A DNA stretch of 64,000 bases from Candidatus Marinacidobacterales bacterium (GCA_965226495.1 OZ245365.1:1923516-1987515); one strand, 5' to 3'; shown: positions 10,264 through 19,613, numbered from the stretch's first letter. Numbers and translations are program-made. Notes: a model not told the origin generated them from the sequence alone.

Positions 10264-10893
10264 ATGATAGCGATTTTGGGAGCAAGTTCGGGCCTGGGAA
10301 GCGCTCAGACCTTGGAAATAGTGCCTTTTTACGGTTGGCAATTCGGCGGCGGGTTTGGTGTCGAAGACGGTCGTGTCGAGGTCAAGGCGGCCCCTGTTTT
10401 CGGGTTCTTGGTGGATGTGCGGGTGCGTCCGGATGCCGCGGTCGAGTTCATCTACAGCCGGCAACAGACGACGCTCGAGCTCAGGAGCACCGACGCCCTT
10501 CGGCCCAGCGCCGAGTTCTTGGACTTGAACGTCGAGTACTTCCAGGCGGGCGGGGTGTACGAGTTCTTGGGCGACGACGCAGAGTTTTTCGACGACGATG
10601 GCGACAAGCCCGCCGTGCGCCCGTTTATTGTACTGACCCTCGGCGCAACGCGGTTCAGCCCGAGCCTGGCTGGCGCAGGGAGCGATTGGCGTTTCTCGCT
10701 GAGCTTCGGTGGCGGCGTCAAAGTGTTTCTCTCCAGGCGGCTGGGCTTTCGCCTCGACGCCCGCGCTTGGCCCACATTTGTAGCGGGTGGTGGTGCCTTC
10801 TTTTGCTCGCTTCCGGGGGGATGCTTGTTTGCCTTTGGCGGCTCGGCATCGTGGCAGGCAAGCGGCACCGCCGGCCTGATCATCGCTTTTTAA
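10264..10893 (+). CDS. Outer-membrane beta-barrel protein (OmpW/porin-like)
   Basis: Signal peptide, alternating amphipathic beta-strand pattern, aromatic C-terminus (..GLIIAF). Confidence 0.4.
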   Translation: MIAILGASSGLGSAQTLEIVPFYGWQFGGGFGVEDGRVEVKAAPVFGFLVDVRVRPDAAVEFIYSRQQTTLELRSTDALRPSAEFLDLNVEYFQAGGVYEFLGDDAEFFDDDGDKPAVRPFIVLTLGATRFSPSLAGAGSDWRFSLSFGGGVKVFLSRRLGFRLDARAWPTFVAGGGAFFCSLPGGCLFAFGGSASWQASGTAGLIIAF

Positions 10894-10945
10894 CCCCTTG
10901 CACAGTTTTGGATCCGACCCCCAGTTGTGGTGCAAGGGTCGGATC
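10894..10945. terminator. GC-rich dyad-symmetry hairpin between the OMP gene and lexA promoter
   Basis: GATCCGACCC..GGGTCGGATC 10-bp perfect arms (plus CCTTGCAC/GTGCAAGG). No following T-run, so this may be a REP-like element or factor-dependent stop rather than an intrinsic terminator. Confidence 0.3.
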
Positions 10946-11009
10946 TAAAAATGTGCACGGTCCACTCACATATGGGGCCGGGAGGTCAAGGGACCCCTAC
11001 ATCTTGCCG

Positions 11010-11038
11010 TTGACCTACACCTAATTTGCACCTATATT
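11010..11038 (+). promoter_or_regulatory. Sigma70-type promoter of the lexA operon (TTGACC-17bp-TATATT). The predicted TSS falls at or next to the lexA ATG, so the mRNA may be leaderless
   Basis: -35 TTGACC 11010-11015, 17-bp spacer, -10 TATATT 11033-11038. lexA ATG at 11045 with no SD sequence. Confidence 0.5.
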
Positions 11039-11044
11039 ACCCCC

Positions 11045-11653
11045 ATGGATTTAACTCAGAAACAACAAGCCGTTTTCGATTACTTGAAGGCTTATCGGGG
11101 CGAGAACGGGCGACCTCCTTCCTATGAGGAAATCCGCGAGGAGTTCGGCTTCGCCTCTTTGAACTCGGTGCGGAAGCATCTGCAACAGCTTGAACGAAAA
11201 GGGTTTATCAAATCGCCCTGGGGGAACCAAAAAAGGGCCCTGGAGATTGTTTCCGACCAGCCGGAAGCGGCCGCCGCCGTTTCATTGCCCCTGCTAGGTA
11301 CGGTCGCGGCCGGTGGGCCTCTCGAAGTCTCAGAGGTTCCCGAGACCATCGATGTCCCTGAAGTTCTTATCGGTCGGGGCGAGCACTTCGCCTTGAAGGT
11401 AACCGGCGACAGCATGGTGGACGACGGCATTCATGAAGACGATTTACTGATCGTGCAGAGGCGAGAGAGTGCCGAGCCCGGCCAGACAGTGGTGGCGCTG
11501 GTTGAAGGCGAAGCCACCGTCAAGCGGTTCTACCGGCACGGGGAGCGAATCGAGCTCCGTCCGGCCAATCCGAATTACTCTCCCCTGATTGTGGGAGAGG
11601 AGGCAGTCCGCATCCGAGGAATCGTCGTCGGGCTGATACGAAAATATGCCTAG
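11045..11653 (+). CDS. lexA: LexA repressor (SOS regulator)
   Basis: N-terminal winged HTH. C-terminal S24 peptidase with cleavage site (VAAGGP), Ser (GDSM) and Lys (TVKRF) catalytic motifs. Confidence 0.9.
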   Translation: MDLTQKQQAVFDYLKAYRGENGRPPSYEEIREEFGFASLNSVRKHLQQLERKGFIKSPWGNQKRALEIVSDQPEAAAAVSLPLLGTVAAGGPLEVSEVPETIDVPEVLIGRGEHFALKVTGDSMVDDGIHEDDLLIVQRRESAEPGQTVVALVEGEATVKRFYRHGERIELRPANPNYSPLIVGEEAVRIRGIVVGLIRKYA

Positions 11654-11876
11654 CAAGAGGACAAGCAAGAAAATGGTCCGGCTCCCCAAGGATCTTTACC
11701 ATCGTCTCGAGAAGGTAGCCGGTCAGCAGGCCCGAGTAAAAGACAACCCATTGGATGATGTGATCCGCGATGCGGTAGAGATCCAATATGGCGAGGGAGG
11801 GCTTACCACGAGGTTGCGAGCTATCGGTGCTTGGCTCGAGTTCAGGCCTCGTCGTCACGTGGTCAAAGAAAGTTAA
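11646..11876 (+). CDS. Small ribbon-helix-helix (CopG/Arc-like) protein, translationally coupled to lexA
   Basis: ATG overlaps the lexA stop by 8 nt. N-terminal VRLPKDLYHRLEKVA..VIRDAV matches the RHH beta-strand/helix pattern (xxVxLPxxLxxxLxxxA...IRxAL). Confidence 0.45.
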   Translation: MPSKRTSKKMVRLPKDLYHRLEKVAGQQARVKDNPLDDVIRDAVEIQYGEGGLTTRLRAIGAWLEFRPRRHVVKES

Positions 11877-11964
11877 TCTTCATTTTTTCTAGTCGCAACT
11901 AGCGTTTTTCTCGGAAACACCCAGTCAATCTAAGGGGAGAAGTGTCTCTAGAGGGAGGTGTCAA

Positions 11965-12816
11965 GTGATTTTCATCGGCACGAGCGGGTACGGTTATCAC
12001 AACTGGTCTCCTAGCTTTTATCCATCGTGGTTGCTTTATGAAGACTACCTAGATTTTTACTCCGAACAATTCAATTGCTGCGAGCTGACATTCACCCGTT
12101 ACCGGATGCCGACCGTGGAGGATCAAGAGAGTTTGCTTCGCCGCTCGGCAGGAAGACTTGTGTTTACCGTGAAGGCGCATCGTCGCCTGACGCATCAACG
12201 TCCACTAGAGACGAAGGACCTGAGCCTGGCCCATCATTTTGCTGCTTCGCTGGCTCCGCTTGTCCAAGCCCGGAAGTTGGGAGCGGTGGTGGCCCAGTTT
12301 CCTTTTTCCTTCATCAATAACCCTGAGCATCGTGCTTACGTCTGTCGACTCCGGGCGGCACTGGATGGGCTTCCGCTGATAACGGAATTTCGTCACGACA
12401 GTTGGTTCGACGAGGAGACGCTCCACTTTCTCCGAGGATGGGATATCGGTGTCGCGTGTGTGGATGTTCCGAAACTAGCCAAGCTTCCCGGTCCTCGTGC
12501 TCTTGTGACCTCCGAGTTGGGCTACGTGCGCTTCCATGGACGCAACGCCTCTCGGTGGTGGAAGTGGTGGGCGCCAAGAAGCAAAGATCAAGGTTACCGC
12601 TACGATTACAATTACCGCCGTCGTGAGCTGATGGGCTGGATACCCCGCTTGCGAGAGATCGAGAAGCAGAGCCAACACACTTTCGTCATCTTCAATAACC
12701 ACTGGCAGGGCCAAGCGGTCATCAATGCTCAGGCGCTTCAGAAGATTCTGAATAAGCGGAACAGTTCGATCGCCACCGCCCGCCAGACGGTCGCTCCTCA
12801 GCTGCTAGCGGGGTAG
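11965..12816 (+). CDS. DUF72 (YecE-like) TIM-barrel protein
   Basis: Characteristic DUF72 N-terminus (IFIGTSGYGYHNWSPSFYP) and length. Confidence 0.8.
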   Translation: MIFIGTSGYGYHNWSPSFYPSWLLYEDYLDFYSEQFNCCELTFTRYRMPTVEDQESLLRRSAGRLVFTVKAHRRLTHQRPLETKDLSLAHHFAASLAPLVQARKLGAVVAQFPFSFINNPEHRAYVCRLRAALDGLPLITEFRHDSWFDEETLHFLRGWDIGVACVDVPKLAKLPGPRALVTSELGYVRFHGRNASRWWKWWAPRSKDQGYRYDYNYRRRELMGWIPRLREIEKQSQHTFVIFNNHWQGQAVINAQALQKILNKRNSSIATARQTVAPQLLAG

Positions 12817-12827
12817 GGGAGACAACC

Positions 12828-13475
12828 GTGGCTCGCCAGAGTTTTGTCACCACCCGTCTCTCTGCCGATAGCAAGTTACGAGTCGTCGCTCCCTGGGGGG
12901 TTCCTCAAATTGCCGGGCGCCTAGTAGAGCTTTCCGGAACCGGAGCGACGGCGACGCTGACCGCGGCTTTCGGGCTGGTGCTCGAGGCGCAATGGAGGGG
13001 CGAGCCCGTCGCCTGGATCACATTGCCGTCGAGCACATTTTTCCCGCCCGATGCTGCGGCGGGTGGTATCGACTTGGATTCCCTCGCGGTCGTTCGTGCC
13101 CGTGATTCTTACACTGCGGCGCGATCGGCGATGCAACTCGTTCGCTCGGGTGGGTTTGGACTCGTGGCGATTGACCTCGGCCCGAAGCCGGCCCCCGCAA
13201 GCATGGGACAAAAGCGCGTCGAATACACGTCCATTCCCACGTCGCTGCTGACGCGTCTAGTCGGACTGGCCAAGAAACACGACACCGCGGTCGTTGTCCT
13301 TACTGAAAAGCCGACCCATGCGAGCTCTCTCGGTTCCCTAGTTTCGCTGAGGGCAGAGGCTCGCCGGCCTCCAGCGGCTCCTTATCGCATCGAGCTCTCG
13401 GTTCTCAAAGACAAAAGACGCGGCCCGGGACAAGTACATCGGGAGACTTGCCGTGGTCCGGCTGGCATGTGTTGA
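12828..13475 (+). CDS. imuA: ImuA (SulA/RecA-fold mutagenesis cassette protein)
   Basis: Position immediately upstream of imuB-dnaE2. Motifs GRLVELSG.GA.ATLTAAFGLV.EAQWRGEPVAWI..VVRAR typical of ImuA. Confidence 0.7.
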   Translation: MARQSFVTTRLSADSKLRVVAPWGVPQIAGRLVELSGTGATATLTAAFGLVLEAQWRGEPVAWITLPSSTFFPPDAAAGGIDLDSLAVVRARDSYTAARSAMQLVRSGGFGLVAIDLGPKPAPASMGQKRVEYTSIPTSLLTRLVGLAKKHDTAVVVLTEKPTHASSLGSLVSLRAEARRPPAAPYRIELSVLKDKRRGPGQVHRETCRGPAGMC

Positions 13476-14940
13476 TGTTCCGGCGTTCCCACTCCAACTC
13501 CTCCTCCGGGAACATCCGGATTGGAAGGAGTTTCCGGTCGCCGTGGTTGCCGAAGATCGACCGAACTCTCCTCTGCTCTGGGTAAACGAGAAGGCTAGGC
13601 GAGCGCGCGTCCTCCCCGGGCAACGTTATGCCCAAGCGTTGTCGCTGTCGTCCGAACTAAGGGCCGGTACCGTTTCCCGTCATGAGATCGAAAAAGGCGT
13701 CGAGCTTCTCACCGATCGACTCCGTCATTTCACGCCGGAGGTGGAGCCGGGGCTCGACACGCCGGGCGTCTTCTGGCTGAATGCCCAAGGACTGGAGCGG
13801 CTCTACAAAAGCCTGGAGGACTGGGCGGGTGCGATCGGCAAAGATCTCCTGAAGGCTGGATTTTTATCCACCGTCGTCGTGGGCTTCACTCGCTTCGGGA
13901 CTTATGCGGTGGCCAAGTCCATCCTAGGAGTGAAGGTCTTCCAGGATGCCGGTGAGGAAAACCGGGTTGCCCGCCGTGTGAAGCTGGATCGTTTGGAGAT
14001 CGAGCCCGCGGTGCGTGACGCCCTGGATAAGCTCGGGGTTCGCACGGTTGCGGGTTTCCTCAAGCTTCCGGCCAAGGGACTCCTGAAGCGATTCGGCGTC
14101 GAAGCGCATCGGTTGTACCGTCTCGCCGCCGGAGATCTCTGGGCCCCTCTTCAACCTCATCCCGCCGTGGAGCCCCTCGAGCGCCAGTTCTTGCTGGATG
14201 CTCCGGACTCCGATTCCGAGCGCTTGTTGTTTCTCGTAAAAAGAATGCTGGACTCGCTTCTGGCGGAGTTGGTGCCGAAAAGCAAAGCGCTGACCGAGGT
14301 CGCGCTTCGCCTGGTTCTCGATCGCGAGGGAGAGTATGGAGAGCGGATTCGCACCGCGGCGCCGACCGTCGACAGCGCGCAGATCCTAGGACTCATCCGA
14401 CTGCGCCTGGAGTCTTTGCGACTCGATTCGGGCGTGGTGGCGCTCCACTTGACCGTTTGTGGAACGAAGGTTCTCCCTGAACAAGATCTTTTGTTCACCG
14501 AGAAACCGCGCCGCGATCTGGAGGCGGGCAGTCGCGCTCTTGCTCGTCTACGGGCAGAGTTTGGGGAGACGGTCGTGGTGCGCGCCCATTTGCAAAATAA
14601 CCATCTTCCTCAGGCGAGCTTCCGATGGGAGCCCATGGAAAAAACAACCATCCCTCATCCTCAAAAAAAGAGCAGTCCTCGTCTTCTGGTGAGAAGAATC
14701 TACGAAAGGCCACTTCTCCTTCCACATCGGTCCCGACACGAGCCCGATGGCTGGCTCTTGCGCGGGCTCGAGCACGGGCCTGTCCAAAAGTTCGTCGGCC
14801 CTTACGTTTTTTCCGGAGGTTGGTGGGCGGGTGGCGTCCACCGCGAGTATTACTTCGTGAACATGCTTCGCGGAGAGGTGCTTTGGGTTTTTTACGATCG
14901 AAAGCGACGTCGCTGGTTTCTGGAAGGACGCGTCGAGTGA
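13453..14940 (+). CDS. imuB: ImuB (catalytically inactive Y-family polymerase homologue)
   Basis: Y-family polymerase-like N-terminus ([17 protein letters not shown]..) and the conserved position between imuA and dnaE2. Overlaps imuA by 23 nt and dnaE2 by 4 nt. Confidence 0.85.
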   Translation: MVRLACVDVPAFPLQLLLREHPDWKEFPVAVVAEDRPNSPLLWVNEKARRARVLPGQRYAQALSLSSELRAGTVSRHEIEKGVELLTDRLRHFTPEVEPGLDTPGVFWLNAQGLERLYKSLEDWAGAIGKDLLKAGFLSTVVVGFTRFGTYAVAKSILGVKVFQDAGEENRVARRVKLDRLEIEPAVRDALDKLGVRTVAGFLKLPAKGLLKRFGVEAHRLYRLAAGDLWAPLQPHPAVEPLERQFLLDAPDSDSERLLFLVKRMLDSLLAELVPKSKALTEVALRLVLDREGEYGERIRTAAPTVDSAQILGLIRLRLESLRLDSGVVALHLTVCGTKVLPEQDLLFTEKPRRDLEAGSRALARLRAEFGETVVVRAHLQNNHLPQASFRWEPMEKTTIPHPQKKSSPRLLVRRIYERPLLLPHRSRHEPDGWLLRGLEHGPVQKFVGPYVFSGGWWAGGVHREYYFVNMLRGEVLWVFYDRKRRRWFLEGRVE

Positions 14941-17900
14941 CGTACGTGCCTCTCTGGTGCAAGACCAATGGCTCCTTCCTCGAGGGGGCGAGTCACCCGG
15001 AGGAGCTTGTCGAAGAGGCACAGCGTCTCGGCTTGCGCTCCCTCGCAGTCACCGATCGCGACGGTGTGTATGGCGTGGTGCGCGCCCATGTGAAAGCGAA
15101 AGAGATAGGTGTGCAGCTTCTCATCGGAGCGCAAGTGACGGTTGAGGACGATTCGGTCATTCTATTACTCGCTCAGAATCGTCGGGGTTACGCGAGTCTT
15201 TGCCGCCTCTTGACCGTTGGGCGACTCCGTTCGCCCAAAGGCGAGTCCTCGGTGAGTTGGGGTGAAGTTTACGAGCATCAGGACGGACTCCTTGCTCTTT
15301 GGGGAGGGGAGAGAAGTCTGTTGGTTGGGGAGCCGGATCCGGGGAGGGTTGCCGAGTCCTTACGGGAGGCTTTTGAGGATCGGCTCTACGCGATGGTAGT
15401 ACGACATCGCCGTGACACCGAGGCGCCTCAAGAGGCTCGACTGCGCGAGCGTGCCGTGCGCCACAAGCTTCCTATCGTTGCCGCGGTGGAGGTGCTCTAT
15501 CACACGCCCGAAAGACGGGATCTTCAAGATGTCTTGACCTGCATCCGTTACGGGTTGACGGTGCGGACGGCGGGCCGGCAAACCAAGCCGAACGCCGAGC
15601 ACGCGTTGAGGACGCCTTTTTCTTTCGATCAGCTCTTCGCCGACGATCCCTCGGCGGTGACGAGGACCGAAGAGATCGCGGCGCGTTGTGATTTTTCACT
15701 GGACCAGCTTCGCTACCGTTACCCTGCCGAACGCTTACCGGATGGCACAACCTCTGCGGAATGGCTTTATCGATTAACTATGGAAGGTGCACGTCGTCGT
15801 TATCAGGGCGACGTGCCTTCCAGCGTGCTGAGGCAAGTCGAAAAAGAGCTTCGCGTTATCGAGGAGCTGGATTACTGCGGATATTTCCTGACCATGTATG
15901 AGATCGTGCAATTTTGCCGCGCAAATGAAATTTTGTGTCAGGGCCGTGGCTCGGCTGCGAACTCGGCGGTTTGCTACTGCTTAGGCATCACCGCGGTGGA
16001 CCCGGTACGGATGGGGCTCTTGTTCGAACGCTTCTTGTCGAAAGATCGCAACGAGCCTCCGGACATTGATCTCGACATCATGCATCAGAGAAGGGAAGAG
16101 GTCATCCAATTCGTTTATAACAAGTATGGTCGGGATAAGGCAGCGATGGTGGCGAATATTATCCGTTATCGGGCCCGCTCGGCGGTGCGCGACGTTGGGA
16201 AAGCTCTGGGACTTCCGGAGACCTCTCTCGACCGGCTGGCCAAGGTTCTCTCTCATTACGACGGGGTTTCCTCACAAGCGCTTCGTCATGCAGGCCTCGA
16301 TCCGGAAATCCCGATCAATCAGCACTTGTTGAGACTGACTTACGAGATTCAAGACTTTCCGCGGCATTTGTCGATCCATCCGGGAGGGTTCCTTCTCGGC
16401 CACGAGCCGGTCCATGACATCGTTCCCATTGAGAATGCCACCATGGCCGACCGCACGGTGATCCAGTGGGACAAAGACGATATCGAGTCGCTGGGGCTCT
16501 TCAAAGTGGATCTCCTGGGGCTCGGTGCGCTCACTCAGCTCGACCTTTGCTTTCGCTTGCTGAAGAGACATCGAGGTATCGATCTCTCCATGGCTACTAT
16601 CCGCAAGGACGATCCCGAGACTTTCGACATGATTTGTCGCGCCGAGACAGTGGGCGTCTTCCAGATAGAAAGCCGTGCGCAGATGGCGATGCTGCCCCGC
16701 CTCCGGCCGCGTCATTATTACGACCTCGTCGTCGAGGTGAGTATCGTGCGGCCCGGTCCTATCACGGGAGGGATGGTGCATCCTTATCTTCGCCGGCGGA
16801 ACGGAGAAGAGCCGGTGGAATACCCTCATCCGTCTTTGAAACCGGTGCTCGAGAAGACGCTGGGGGTGCCTCTCTTCCAGGAGCAAGTGATGCGCCTGGC
16901 GGTAGTGGCGGCTGACTACACTCCCGGTGAAGCCGATCAACTGCGACGCGACATGGCGGCGTGGCGACGCACCGGACGCATCGAGAAGCACCGCGAGCGA
17001 CTGATTTCACGAATGCAGGCGAAGGGGATCAAGCCGGAGTTTGCAGAGAGGGTCTTCGAGCAGATCCGGGGTTTCGGCGAATACGGTTTTCCCGAGAGTC
17101 ATGCAGCGAGCTTCGCCTTGGTCGCCTATGCCGCGGCCTATCTTTTGAGACATCATCCGGCCGAGTTCACCTGCGCTCTCCTGAACGCTCAGCCGATGGG
17201 TTTTTATTCGCCGGCAACCATCATCGACGACGCCAAGCGGCGTGGCGTCGAGGTCCGCCCGGTGGATGTTCGTCTGAGCGACTGGGATTGCACGTTGGAG
17301 AAAATTGACCCCCTCACCCCGACCCTCTCCCCACAGGGGAGAGGGAGAAATTCGATTCCGTATGCGGTACGAATGGGACTCCGCTACGTCAAGAGTCTCG
17401 GCGAGAGAGATTGGAAGCGTGTCGACGCCGCTCGTCGCAAACGGATTTTTGTTTCTATCGAAGACTTCGTTCGCCGGACTCGATTGAACGAGGGGGCTCT
17501 CCAAGTTTTATCCGAAGCCGGTGCCTTCGAGGGGTTCGGCAAGGTGAGAAGAGCCGCCCTCTGGGACGTACGCGGTCTGGCTCGCGAGCCTTCACCGACT
17601 CTGCCTCTCGAAAGCACAGAGGAAACTCCGGAGTTTCCGAAGCTCGACGATTTCGAGACCATCGCATGGGATTACCACGCGTCTTCACATAGCACCCGGG
17701 GGCATCCTCTGGGGCCCTTGCGAGAAGCCCTCCGTGCGCAAGGCCTACCGGATGCGGAGACGGTCTCGAAGATGAAGCACGGAAGAAAGATTCGTTACGC
17801 AGGATTGGTGATCTGCCGACAGCGCCCGGGGACTGCCTCCGGCGTCACCTTCATGACCCTAGAAGACGAGACCGGCTTCGTGAATCTCGTAATTTGGACG

Positions 17901-18065
17901 AGAGTCTTCGAACGTTATGCGGTGCTGGTCAAGACAGCATCCTTTCTTGGCGTCACCGGCAAGCTCGAGGCCCGCGACAATGTCGTGCATCTCATCGCCG
18001 ACGAGCTATGGGTGCCCAGTCTCAAAGTGCAACCAGAGCACGGGCGAAGCCGGGATTTTCACTAA
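14937..18065 (+). CDS. dnaE2: Error-prone DNA polymerase DnaE2 (ImuC)
   Basis: PHP domain (SFLEGAS), polymerase III alpha core motifs, OB fold near the C-terminus. Likely start is GTG at 14937; the ORF-track M at 14625 is upstream in-frame read-through. Confidence 0.9.
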   Translation: MTYVPLWCKTNGSFLEGASHPEELVEEAQRLGLRSLAVTDRDGVYGVVRAHVKAKEIGVQLLIGAQVTVEDDSVILLLAQNRRGYASLCRLLTVGRLRSPKGESSVSWGEVYEHQDGLLALWGGERSLLVGEPDPGRVAESLREAFEDRLYAMVVRHRRDTEAPQEARLRERAVRHKLPIVAAVEVLYHTPERRDLQDVLTCIRYGLTVRTAGRQTKPNAEHALRTPFSFDQLFADDPSAVTRTEEIAARCDFSLDQLRYRYPAERLPDGTTSAEWLYRLTMEGARRRYQGDVPSSVLRQVEKELRVIEELDYCGYFLTMYEIVQFCRANEILCQGRGSAANSAVCYCLGITAVDPVRMGLLFERFLSKDRNEPPDIDLDIMHQRREEVIQFVYNKYGRDKAAMVANIIRYRARSAVRDVGKALGLPETSLDRLAKVLSHYDGVSSQALRHAGLDPEIPINQHLLRLTYEIQDFPRHLSIHPGGFLLGHEPVHDIVPIENATMADRTVIQWDKDDIESLGLFKVDLLGLGALTQLDLCFRLLKRHRGIDLSMATIRKDDPETFDMICRAETVGVFQIESRAQMAMLPRLRPRHYYDLVVEVSIVRPGPITGGMVHPYLRRRNGEEPVEYPHPSLKPVLEKTLGVPLFQEQVMRLAVVAADYTPGEADQLRRDMAAWRRTGRIEKHRERLISRMQAKGIKPEFAERVFEQIRGFGEYGFPESHAASFALVAYAAAYLLRHHPAEFTCALLNAQPMGFYSPATIIDDAKRRGVEVRPVDVRLSDWDCTLEKIDPLTPTLSPQGRGRNSIPYAVRMGLRYVKSLGERDWKRVDAARRKRIFVSIEDFVRRTRLNEGALQVLSEAGAFEGFGKVRRAALWDVRGLAREPSPTLPLESTEETPEFPKLDDFETIAWDYHASSHSTRGHPLGPLREALRAQGLPDAETVSKMKHGRKIRYAGLVICRQRPGTASGVTFMTLEDETGFVNLVIWTRVFERYAVLVKTASFLGVTGKLEARDNVVHLIADELWVPSLKVQPEHGRSRDFH
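17311..17350. repeat. Small palindromic (REP-like) element inserted in-frame within dnaE2
   Basis: CCCTCACCCCGACCCTCTCCCCACAGGGGAGAGGGAGAAA, with hairpin CCCTCTCCCC-ACAG-GGGGAGAGGG. Encodes ..[13 protein letters not shown].. in the gene frame and SPHRGEGE in another frame. An inverted copy is at 58936-58975. Confidence 0.6.
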
Positions 18066-18181
18066 ATACTAAATAAGGACTCGTACGACATCGGCGCTGC
18101 CACTCATCAGCCTATTGGGACCGTTGTGGACTCGCAGTATCCGGTTGAATTCTCGAGCCGCCTCGGTTAAACCTTCTGCCT

Positions 18182-18454
18182 ATGCGCGAGGTGCAGGCAG
18201 GCATGAAAGGGATCGTAGGCGCCTGCGTCGCGAGCATTCTGTTGACAGCGACGCTCGCAGCCCAGGAACTGTCCTCCCAATCGCGCCCCGCGGCGACGCA
18301 GCGAGGCGCGCCGCTGTATCGCAATCATTGCGCGCGCTGCCATGGGCTCCAAGGATTGGGTGGTACCGGACCGAGCCTGACTCGGCCGGTTCTGCGCCAC
18401 GCCCGAAGCGATAAGGTGGAGCCCCAGCACGGCAGGAGCCGTGACTTTCACTAG
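18182..18454 (+). pseudogene. Truncated class I c-type cytochrome remnant fused in-frame to a dnaE2-tail copy
   Basis: Signal peptide then CARCHG haem-binding motif and GGTGPSL. Ends after ~85 aa with [11 protein letters not shown], which is the dnaE2 C-terminal motif. Confidence 0.4.
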
Positions 18455-18564
18455 CCGTCGGTCACGGAAATGCGACGCTCCTGCTCATCACGGGGAGCCC
18501 GAAAGCACCTCCCGCAAGAACTCTTTGACACCCTTCCCGCCCGTGAGACGAAGAAGAATAGGGC
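18418..18564. repeat. Direct repeat copy 1 (~145 bp) beginning with a dnaE2 3'-end-like segment
   Basis: Near-identical to 18633-18776, with a 2-bp indel in the tail-like part. Confidence 0.9.
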
Positions 18565-18632
18565 CATCACTCGAAACATCCAGCTCGAACTTTAGGAACG
18601 GACAGCATTGACGTTCGAGGCCGAGATGAACT

Positions 18633-18776
18633 GGAGCCCCAGCACGGCAGGAGCCGACTTTCCTAGCCGTCGGTCACGGAAATGCGACGCTCCTGCTCAT
18701 CACGGGGAGCCCGAAAGCACCTCCCGCAAGAACTCTTTGACACCCTTCCCGCCCGTGAGACGAAGAAGAATAGGGC
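18633..18776. repeat. Direct repeat copy 2 (~145 bp) beginning with a dnaE2 3'-end-like segment
   Basis: Near-identical to 18418-18564. Provides the current 3' end of the minus-strand Cys-rich ORF. Confidence 0.9.
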
Positions 18777-19166
18777 GGGTAAAGCGAATTCATAACCCGC
18801 AGGAAGCTCGCGAATCTCCTCGACTGCGGATCGCAGCTGTCCCATCAATGCTTGGTGACGCTCTTGCTGCTCGGCGTTTAACGCCTGCCGTTCGCAGGCG
18901 AAAGAGGGTTCGGCCTCGATGGCTACTTCCCCTTCATCTTGTTCTGGCGGCTCAGAGTCGGTCCGGGGATGTGCCAGCGCTCGCACGAGGGCGAGAGCTC
19001 GCGATTGCGTGTCCTCGTCGCTTAGGAGGGCCTGACAATAGGTGCACGTGCACTCATCGAGCCGACTTTGGATTCCCGCATCCACCCGTTCCGCAGCCCA
19101 ACTGAACATACCCAAGCTCAACACTCCGAAGGCGACCAGCGCCAACCACTTCAAGCTTTGCGTCAT
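18663..19166 (-). CDS. Cys-rich membrane-anchored protein (CTCTYC motif), co-transcribed with MerR-family regulator. 3' end replaced by repeat copy 2
   Basis: N-terminal TM/signal segment, DECTCTYCQ cysteine cluster, acidic region. The last ~40 codons lie inside the direct repeat. Confidence 0.4.
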   Translation of the reverse strand: MTQSLKWLALVAFGVLSLGMFSWAAERVDAGIQSRLDECTCTYCQALLSDEDTQSRALALVRALAHPRTDSEPPEQDEGEVAIEAEPSFACERQALNAEQQERHQALMGQLRSAVEEIRELPAGYEFALPALFFFVSRAGRVSKSSCGRCFRAPRDEQERRISVTDG

Positions 19167-19207
19167 TTCTCTCCTCCAATCTTGTCAGGAGAGGGCCGCC
19201 GTCGTTG

Positions 19208-19597
19208 CTAGATATCGAGCGCCACCAGGGCTGAGCACGGTGCCTGATCGTCTCTGCAGCGGCAGTTCTGGAGAAGCGCATTGAGCTCCTCGCGCATTGA
19301 CTTCAGTAGTCCCACCTTCTCGTCGATACTTCGAATCTTCGCTTCCGCAATCGCTCGCACCTCGGCACCGCTGTGACGTTGCTCCTCCCGCAGCCGGATT
19401 AACTCCTTGATCTCCTTGAGGGTGAAACCGACTTCCTGGCTGCTTTTGATGAAACGCACCCGTCTCAACGCATCTTCCGGATAATCTCGGTACCGCGACG
19501 CAAGTCGATTCGGCTTCCTCAGGAGCTCACGGCGCTCGTAAAACCTTATGGTCTGGACGTTGACGTTGGCCCTCGCCGCCATCTCACCGATTCGCAT
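19208..19597 (-). CDS. MerR-family metal-responsive transcriptional regulator (CadR/PbrR/ZntR-like)
   Basis: N-terminal MerR HTH (MRIGEMAARANVNVQTIRFYERRELL), coiled-coil, C-terminal C-x-C-x6-C metal-binding cluster. RBS GGGGGAGAG upstream of ATG at 19597. Confidence 0.85.
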   Translation of the reverse strand: MRIGEMAARANVNVQTIRFYERRELLRKPNRLASRYRDYPEDALRRVRFIKSSQEVGFTLKEIKELIRLREEQRHSGAEVRAIAEAKIRSIDEKVGLLKSMREELNALLQNCRCRDDQAPCSALVALDI

Positions 19598-19613
19598 TTT
19601 TTCTCTCCCCCTT

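Noticed and set aside
10103-10285. Short ORFs in the 10.03-10.26 kb region upstream of the OMP gene
   Set aside because: Arg/Pro/Ala-rich composition, no start context. The region is better explained as the OMP gene leader or promoter.
14625-14936. N-terminal extension of dnaE2 given by the ORF track (start at 14625)
   Set aside because: The extension is read-through of the imuB region in another frame and is low-complexity. The conserved DnaE2 N-terminus (..SFLEGAS..) begins right after the GTG at 14937.
18418-18776. Possible CRISPR array (direct repeats with spacer)
   Set aside because: Only two copies, each ~145 bp long. The intervening DNA is ~70 bp. No cas genes. The repeats contain a dnaE2-tail fragment. 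More consistent with element-derived duplication.
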